A program made the translations under genes and the position numbers. From assembly GCF_006345805.1 (NCBI RefSeq), contig NW_021829367.1, forward strand, positions 1 through 6,462: a stretch of DNA of 6,462 bases, given 5' to 3'. Source of the stretch: Octopus sinensis (lineage: Eukaryota). Below, one piece after another: positions 1 to 6,462 of this stretch (position 1 is the stretch's first letter; the number at the start of each line of letters is the position of its first letter). Under the pieces are notes generated by a model. That model worked only from the letters and a program-made list of their open reading frames with translations. It was not told where the DNA came from and did not search any database.

Positions 1-297
1 CTTTTAAATATCCAAGAGATCACTAAAATCGCAAAAGTTTTCAGGTTATAAAATGTCAAAATATTGCATATGTGTACTTGAAAAACAACAAAAAATCTAG
101 TGATCTCTTAGCTAAATATAAGTTAAATGATTGATAAAAAGCTTATATTTATCAAAGAGATCACTAAATTCGCAAAAGTTTTCAGGTTAGAAAATATCAA
201 ATTATTGCATATGTGTACTTGAAAAACAACAAAAAATGTAGTGATCTCTTAGCTAAATATTAGTTCTCTGATTGATAAAATTCTTATATTTATCAAA

Positions 298-470
298 GAA
301 ATCACTAAATTCGCAAAAGTTTTCAGGTTAGAAGATGTCAAAATATTGCATATGTGTACGTGAATAACAACAAAAAATTTAGTGATCTGTTAGCTAAGTA
401 ACAACAAAAAATTTAGTGAACTCTTAGCTAAATATGTTAACTGATTGATAAAATTCTTATATTTAACAAA
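298..470. repeat. 173-bp variant monomer with 34-bp internal tandem segment
   Basis: 365-398 taacaacaaaaaatttagtgatctgttagctaag is followed by 399-432 taacaacaaaaaatttagtgaactcttagctaaa, then a 2-bp deletion (tatgttaa). Length is 141+34-2=173. Confidence 0.93.
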
Positions 471-745
471 GTAATCACTACATCGCTGTTTTCAGGTTTA
501 GAAATATCAAAATATTGCATATGTGTACTTGAAAAACACGAAAAATTTAGTGATCTCTTAGCTAAATATAAGTTAAATGATTGATAAAAAGCTTTTATTT
601 ATCCAAGAGATCACTAAAATCTCAAAAGTTTTCAGGTTAGAAAATGTGAAAATATTGCATATGTGTACTTGAAAAACAACAAAAAATTTAGTGAACTCTT
701 AGCTAAATATGTTAACTGATTCATAAAATTCTTATATTTATCAAA

Positions 746-2031
746 GAAATCACTAAATTCGCAAAAGTTTTCAGATTAGAAGATGTCAAAATATTGCATA
801 TGTGTACTTGAATAACAACAAAAAATTTAGTGATCTCTTAGCTAAATATAAGTTAACTGATTGATAATAAGCTTATATTTATCAAAGAGCTCACTAAGAT
901 CTCAAAAGTTTTCAGGTTGGAAAATGTCAAAATATTGCATATGTGTACTTGAAAAACAATAAAAAATTTAGTGATCTCTTAGCTAAATATAAGTTAAATG
1001 ATTGATAAAAAGCTTTTATTTATCCAAGAGATCACTAAAATCGCAAAAGTTTTCAGGTTAGAAAATGTCAAAATATTGCATATGTGTACTTGAAAAAGAA
1101 CAAAAAATTTAGTGATCTCTTAGCTAAATATAAGTTAAATGATTGATAAAAGCTTTTTTCTTTATCCAAGAGATCACTAAAATCTCAAAAGTTTTCAGGT
1201 TAGAAAATGTCAAAATATTGCATATGTGTACTTGAAAAACAACAAAAAATTTAGTGATCTCTTAGCTAAATATGTTAACTGATTCATAAAATTCTTATAT
1301 TTATCAAAGAAATCACTAAATTCGCAAAAGCTTTCAGGTTAGAAGATGTCAAAATATTGCATATGTGTACTTGACAAACAACAAAAAATTTAGTGATCTC
1401 TTAGCTAAATATAAGTTAAATGATTGATAAAATTCTAATACTTATCAAAGAAATCACTAAATTCGCAAAAGTTTTCAGGTTAGAAAATGTCAAAATATTG
1501 CATATGTGTACTTGAAAAACAACAAAAAATTTAGTGATCTCTTAGCTAAATATAAGTACACTGATTGATAAAAAGCTTATATCTATCCAAGAGATCACTA
1601 AAATCGCAAAAGTTTTCAGGTTAGAAAATGTCAAAATATTGCATATGTGTACTTCAAAATCAACAAAAAATTTAGTGATCTCTTAGCTAAATATAAGTTA
1701 ACTGATTGATAAAAAGCTTTTATTTATCCAAGAGATCACTAAATCGCAAAAGTTTTCAGTTAGAAAATGTCAAAATATTGCATATGTGTACTTGAAAAAC
1801 AACGAAAATTTAGTGATCTCTTAGCTAAATATAGTTAAATGATTGATAAAAAGCTTTTATTTATCCAAGAGATCACTAAGATCGCAAAAGTTTTCAGGTT
1901 AGAAAAGTCAAATTATTGCATATGTGACGTGAATACAACAAAAAATTTAGTGATCTGTTAGCTAATAACAACAAAATTTAGTGAACTCTTAGCTAAATAT
2001 GTCAACTGATTCATAAATTCTTATATTATCC
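746..2031. repeat. Higher-order repeat copy 1 (9 monomers: A,B,C,D,E/F fusion,G,H,I,J)
   Basis: Diagnostic variants occur in the same order as in copies 2 and 3: A cagattagaagat/gaataac (746); B ggttgg (887); C aaagaac (1028); D short tatgttaa/ttcat (1170); E agctttc/gacaaac (1309); G gtacact/atctatcc (1450); H cttcaaaatc (1591); I caacgaaa (1732); J with 34-bp extra segment (1869). Confidence 0.9.
1869..2031. repeat. 173-bp-type variant monomer (J), noisy copy of 163 bp
   Basis: Same duplicated segment at about 1934-1997 (gatctgttagc then gaactcttagc), with many single-base dropouts. Confidence 0.85.
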
Positions 2032-3457
2032 GAAATCACTAAATTCGCAAAAGTTTTCAGATTAGAAGATGTCAAAATATTGCATATGTGTACTTGAATA
2101 ACAACAAAAAATTTAGTGATCTCTTAGCTAAATATAAGTTAACTGATTGATAATAAGCTTATATTTATCAAAGAGATCACTAAAATCTCAAAAGTTTTCA
2201 GGTTGGAAAATGTCAAAATATTGCATATGTGTACTTGAAAAACAATAAAAAATTTAGTGATCTCTTAGCTAAATATAAGTTAAATGATTGATAAAAAGCT
2301 TTTATTTATCCAAGAGATCACTAAAATCGCAAAAGTTTTCAGGTTAGAAAATGTCAAAATATTGCATATGTGTACTTGAAAAAGAACAAAAAATTTAGTG
2401 ATCTCTTAGCTAAATATAAGTTAAATGATTGATAAAAAGCTTTTCTTTATCCAAGAGATCACTAAAATCTGAAAAGTTTTCAGGTTATAAAATGTCAAAA
2501 TATTGCATATGTGTACTTGAAAAACAACAAAAAATTTAGTGATCTCTTAGCTAAATATGTTAACTGATTCATAAAATTCTTATATTTATCAAAGAAATCA
2601 CTAAATTCGCAAAAGCTTTCAGGTTAGAAGATGTCAAAATATTGCATATGTGTACTTGACAAACAACAAAAAATTTAGTGATCTCTTAGCTAAATATAAG
2701 TTAACCGATTGATAATAAGCTTATATTTATCCAAGAGATCACTAAAATCTCAAAAGTTTTCAGGTTAGAAAATGTCAAAATATTGCATATGTGTACTTGA
2801 AAACAACAAAAATTTAGTGATCTGTAGCTAAATATAAGTTAACTGATTGATAATTCTTATACTTATCAAAGAAATCACTAAATTCGCAAAAGTTTTCAGT
2901 TAGAAAATGTCAAATATTGCATATGTGTACTTGAAAAACAACAAAAAATTAGTGATCTCTTAGCTAAATATAAGTACACTGATTGATAAAAAGCTTTATC
3001 TATCCAAGAGATCACTAAATCGCAAAAGTTTTCAGGTTTAAAATGTCAAAATATTGCATATGTGTACTTCAAAATCAACAAAAAATTTAGTGATCTCTTA
3101 GCTAAATATAAGTTAACTGATTGATAAAAAGCTTATTTTATCCAAGAGATCACTAATTCGCAAATTTTTCAGGTTAGAAAATGTCAAAATATTGCATATG
3201 TGTACTTGAAAAACAACGAAAAATTTAGTGATCTCTTAGCTAAATATAAGTTAAATGATTGATAAAAAGCTTTTATTTATCCAAGAGCTCACTAAGATCG
3301 CAAAAGTTTTCAGGTTAGAAAATGTCAAATTATTGCATATGTGTACGTGAATAACAACAAAAAATTTAGTGATCTGTTAGCTAAATAACAACAAAAAATT
3401 TAGTGAACTCTTAGCTAAATATGTCAACTGATTCATAAAATTCTTATATTTATCAAA
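2032..3457. repeat. Higher-order repeat copy 2 (10 monomers A-J; about 1440 bp expected, 1426 bp here owing to scattered 1-bp deletions)
   Basis: A 2032, B 2173, C 2314, D 2455, E 2594, F 2735, G 2871, H 3008, I 3146, J 3285. Monomer A is identical by eye at 746, 2032 and 3458. Confidence 0.92.
3285..3457. repeat. 173-bp variant monomer (J)
   Basis: 34-bp segments at 3352-3385 and 3386-3419. Confidence 0.95.
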
Positions 3458-4893
3458 GAAATCACTAAATTCGCAAAAGTTTTCAGATTAGAAGATGTCA
3501 AAATATTGCATATGTGTACTTGAATAACAACAAAAAATTTAGTGATCTCTTAGCTAAATATAAGTTAACTGATTGATAATAAGCTTATATTTATCAAAGA
3601 GATCACTAAAATCTCAAAAGTTTTCAGGTTGGAAAATGTCAAAATATTGCATATGTGTACTTGAAAAACAACAAAAAATTTAGTGATCTCTTAGCTAAAT
3701 AATAGTTAAATGATTGATAAAAAGCTTTTATTTATCCAAGAGATCACTAAAATCGCAAAAGTTTTCAGGTTAGAAAATGTCAAAATATTGCATATGTGTA
3801 CTTGAAAAACAACAGGAAATTTAGTGATCTCTTAGCTAAATATAAGTTAAATGATTGATAAAAAGCTTTTATTTATCCAAGAGATCACTAAAATCGCAAA
3901 AGTTTTCAGGTTATAAAATGTCAAAATATTGCATATGTGTACTTGAAACACAACAAAAAATTTAGTGATCTCTTAGCTAAATTGTAACTGATTGATAAAA
4001 TTCTTATATTTATCAAGAATCACTAAATTCGCAAAAGCTTTCAGGTTAGAAGATGTCAAAATATTGCATATGTGTACTTGACAAACAACAAAAAATTTAG
4101 TGATCTCTTAGCTAAATATATGTTAACCGATTGATAATAAGCTTATATTTATCCAAGAGATCACTAAAATCTCAAAAGTTTTCAGGTTAGAAAATGTCAA
4201 AATATTGCATATGTGTACTTGAAAAACAACAAAAAATTTAGTGATCTGTAAGCTAAATATAAGTTAACTGATTGATAAAATTCTTATACTTATCAAAGAA
4301 ATCACTAAATTCGCAAAAGTTTTCAGGTTAGAAAATGTCAAAATATTGCATATGTGTACTTGAAAAACAACAAAAAATTTAGTGATCTCTTAGCTAAATA
4401 TAAGTACACTGATTGATAAAAAGCTTATATCTATCCAAGAGATCACTAAAATCGCAAAAGTTTTCAGGTTAGAAAATGTCAAAATATTGCATATGTGTAC
4501 TTCAAAATCAACAAAAAATTTAGTGATCTCTGAGCTAAATATAAGTTAACTGATTGATAAAAAGCTTATATTTATCCAAGAGATCACTAAAGTCGCAAAA
4601 GTTTTTAGGTTAGAAAATGTCAAAATATTGCATATGTGTACTTGATAAACAACGAAAAATTTAGTGATCTCTTAGCTAAATATAAGTTAAATGATTGATA
4701 AAAAGCTTTTATTTATCCAAGAGCTCACTAAGATCGCAAAAGTTTTCAGGTTAGAAAATGTCAAATTATTGCATATGTGTACGTGAATAACAACAAAAAA
4801 TTTAGTGATCTGTTAGCTAAATAACAACAAAAAATTTAGTGAACTCTTAGCTAAATATGTTAACTGATTGATAAAATTCTTATATTTAACAAA
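3458..4893. repeat. Higher-order repeat copy 3 (10 monomers A-J, 1436 bp)
   Basis: A 3458, B 3599, C 3740, D 3881, E 4017, F 4157, G 4298, H 4439, I 4580, J 4721. G at 4298 is identical by eye to G at 1450. Confidence 0.92.
4721..4893. repeat. 173-bp variant monomer (J)
   Basis: 34-bp segments at 4788-4821 and 4822-4855. Confidence 0.95.
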
Positions 4894-5253
4894 GTAATCA
4901 CTACATTCGCAAAAGTTTTCAGGTTAGAAAATATCAAAATATTGCATATGTGTACTTGAAAAACAACGAAAAATTTAGTGATCTGTTAGCTAAATATAAG
5001 TTAACTGATTGATAAAAAGCTTTTATTTATCCAAGAGATCACTGAAATCGCAAAAGTTTTCAGGTTATAAAATGTCAAAATATTGCATATGTGTACTTGA
5101 AAAAGAACAAAAAATTTAGTGATCTCTTAGCTAAATATAAGTTAAATGATTGATAAAAAGCTTATATCTATCCAAGAGATCACTAAAATCGCAAAAGTTT
5201 TCAGGTTAGAAAATGTCAAAATATTGCATATGTGTACTTCAAAATCAACAAAA

Positions 5254-5330
5254 AATTTAGTGATCTCTTAGCTAAATATAAGTTAACTGATTGATAAAAA
5301 GCTTATATTTATCCAAGAGATCACTAAATT
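5254..5330. repeat. 29-bp inverted repeat with 19-bp loop (potential hairpin/cruciform); one occurs per monomer, this is the best-matched example
   Basis: Left arm 5254-5282 is aatttagtgatctcttagctaaatataag. Right arm 5302-5330 is cttatatttatccaagagatcactaaatt, whose reverse complement aatttagtgatctcttggataaatataag matches the left arm at 27/29, including a perfect outer 16 bp. Confidence 0.95.
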
Positions 5331-5457
5331 CGCAAAAGTTTTCAGGTTAGAAAATGTCAAAATATTGCATATGTGTACTTGAAAAACAACAAAAAATTTA
5401 GTGATCTCTTAGCTAAATATAAGTTAAATGATTGATAAAAAGCTTTTATTTATCCAA
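5317..5457. repeat. Representative near-consensus 141-bp monomer
   Basis: Differs from the consensus only at pos 13 (aaattcgc instead of aaaatcgc). The next copy (5458-5598) differs only at pos 4 (gagctc). Confidence 0.95.
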
Positions 5458-6462
5458 GAGCTCACTAAAATCGCAAAAGTTTTCAGGTTAGAAAATGTCA
5501 AAATATTGCATATGTGTACTTGAAAAACAACAAAAAATTTAGTGATCTCTTAGCTAAATATAAGTTAAATGATTGATAAAAAGCTTTTATTTATCCAAGA
5601 GATCACTAAAATCGCAAAAGTTTTCAGGATAGAAACTGTCAAAATATTGCATATGTGTACTTGAAAACAACAAAAAATTTAGTGATCTCTTAGCTAAATA
5701 TAAGTTAACTAATTGATAAAAAGCTTATATTTATCCAAGAGATCACTAAATTCGCAAAAGTTTTCAGGTTAGAAAATGTCAAAATATTGCATATGTGTAC
5801 TTCAAAAACAACAAAAAATTTAGTGATCTGTTAGCTAAATATAAGTTAACTGATTGATAAAAAGCTTTTATTTATCCAAGAGATCACTGAAATCGCAAAT
5901 GTTTTCAGGTTAGAAAATGTCAAAATATTGCATATGTGTACTTGAAAAACAACAAAAAATTTAGTGAACTCTTAGCTAAATATGTTAACTGATTGATAAA
6001 ATTCTTATATTTAACAAAGTAATCACTACATTCGCAAAAGTTTTCAGGTTAGAAAATATCAAAATATTGCATATGTGTACTTGAAAAACAACAAAAAATT
6101 TAGTGATCTGTTAGCTAAATATAAGTTAACTGATTGATAAAAAGCTTTTATTTATCCCAGAGATCACTGAAATCGCAAAAGTTTTCAGGTTATAAAATGT
6201 CAAAATATTGCATATGTGTACTTGAAAAGACAAAAATTTAGTGATCTCTTAGCTAAATATAAGTTAATGATTGATAAAAAGCTTTTATTATCCAGAGATC
6301 ACTAAAATCTCAAAAGTTTTCAGGTTAGAAAATGTGAAATATTGCATATGTGTACTTGAAAAACACAAAAAATTTAGTGAACTCTTGCTAAATATGTTAA
6401 CTAATTACATAAAATCTTATATTTATCAAAGAAATCACTAAATTCGCAAAAGCTTTCAGGTT

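Larger units (their letters stand above)
1..6462. repeat. Tandem satellite DNA array, 141-bp consensus monomer, 45 full copies plus partial copies at both ends (array runs off both window edges)
   Basis: Consensus read by eye: gagatcactaaaatcgcaaaagttttcaggttagaaaatgtcaaaatattgcatatgtgtacttgaaaaacaacaaaaaatttagtgatctcttagctaaatataagttaaatgattgataaaaagcttttatttatccaa (141 bp; A61 T45 G19 C16). Monomer starts: 16, 157, 298, 471, 607, 746, 887, 1028, 1170, 1309, 1450, 1591, 1732, 1869, 2032, 2173, 2314, 2455, 2594, 2735, 2871, 3008, 3146, 3285, 3458, 3599, 3740, 3881, 4017, 4157, 4298, 4439, 4580, 4721, 4894, 5035, 5176, 5317, 5458, 5599, 5739, 5880, 6019, 6160, 6295, 6431. All copies have the same orientation and there is no unique interruption. 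Confidence 0.99.
4894..6462. repeat. Satellite segment outside the A-J HOR register, with local block repeats
   Basis: Monomer K (gtaatcactacat, aatatc) followed by the cactgaa/ttataa/aaagaac monomer occurs at 4894/5035 and again at 6019/6160 (1125 bp, 8 monomers apart). An H-type monomer is at 5176. The monomer at 6295 (atctc, tgtgaa, gaactc) resembles the one at 607. Confidence 0.8.

Noticed and set aside
998-1093. Short ORF across monomer junctions, MIDKKLLFIQEITKIAKVFRLENVKILHMCT (31 aa), repeated in many copies (141 bp is 47 codons)
   Set aside because: It is only 31 codons, the ATG is absent in the many aactgatt variants, stops flank it in every monomer, all six consensus frames are closed, and I recognise no protein motif. 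This is expected by chance.
5254-5330. Rho-independent terminator, tRNA or pre-miRNA call for the hairpin
   Set aside because: The stem is AT-rich with no GC-rich stem plus U-tract, there is no cloverleaf, there is no upstream gene, and no expression evidence is available. It is reported only as an inverted repeat.
5329-5346. CENP-B box-like motif (ttcgcaaaagttttcagg)
   Set aside because: It matches TTCG and the central A of TTCGNNNNANNCGGG but has tttc where CGGG is required, and TTCG is present only in a subset of monomers.
5361-5375. POU/octamer-like site (tattgcat, tgcatatg)
   Set aside because: It matches ATTTGCAT at only 6/8 and the palindromic ATGCATATGCAT site only partly; such matches are common in 75% AT DNA.
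5302-5423. Intact MITE/transposon copies bounded by the 29-bp arms
   Set aside because: There are no target-site duplications, no variable flanks and no transposase; the units are simply tandem. A transposon origin is kept only as a hypothesis.
1-6462. CRISPR array
   Set aside because: There are no unique spacers: the entire 141 bp is repeated, the unit is far longer than a CRISPR repeat, and no cas genes are present.
1-6462. Assignment to a named satellite family or species (for example the ~142-bp tenebrionid beetle satellites or alpha satellite)
   Set aside because: Similar monomer length is not homology, and I do not recognise the sequence. A BLASTN/Dfam/Repbase search of the consensus dimer would be needed.

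Overview
The whole window is a non-coding, AT-rich (consensus about 25% GC) head-to-tail satellite array. It holds 45 complete monomers with a 141-bp consensus, plus partial copies at both ends. I found no supportable genes, RNA genes or CRISPR array, and the consensus has stops in all six frames. The family and organism cannot be named from sequence alone; it looks like a eukaryotic heterochromatic or (peri)centromeric satellite (inference). Three levels of structure are visible. (1) Each monomer is a degenerate palindrome with a 29-bp inverted repeat (up to 27/29 matches) around a 19-bp loop, plus weaker symmetry about a second axis. (2) A 10-monomer higher-order repeat (HOR) of about 1.44 kb occurs three times at 746-4893; the first copy lacks one monomer, and the HOR contains an older internal duplication. 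(3) A recurrent 173-bp monomer carrying a 34-bp extra segment, and several chimeric monomers, record unequal crossover and gene conversion. Patches of 1-bp deletions suggest a noisy long read or unpolished consensus, so single-base variants need caution. All alignments were done by eye. 'Pos' means position in the 141-bp consensus starting at GAGATCACTA.
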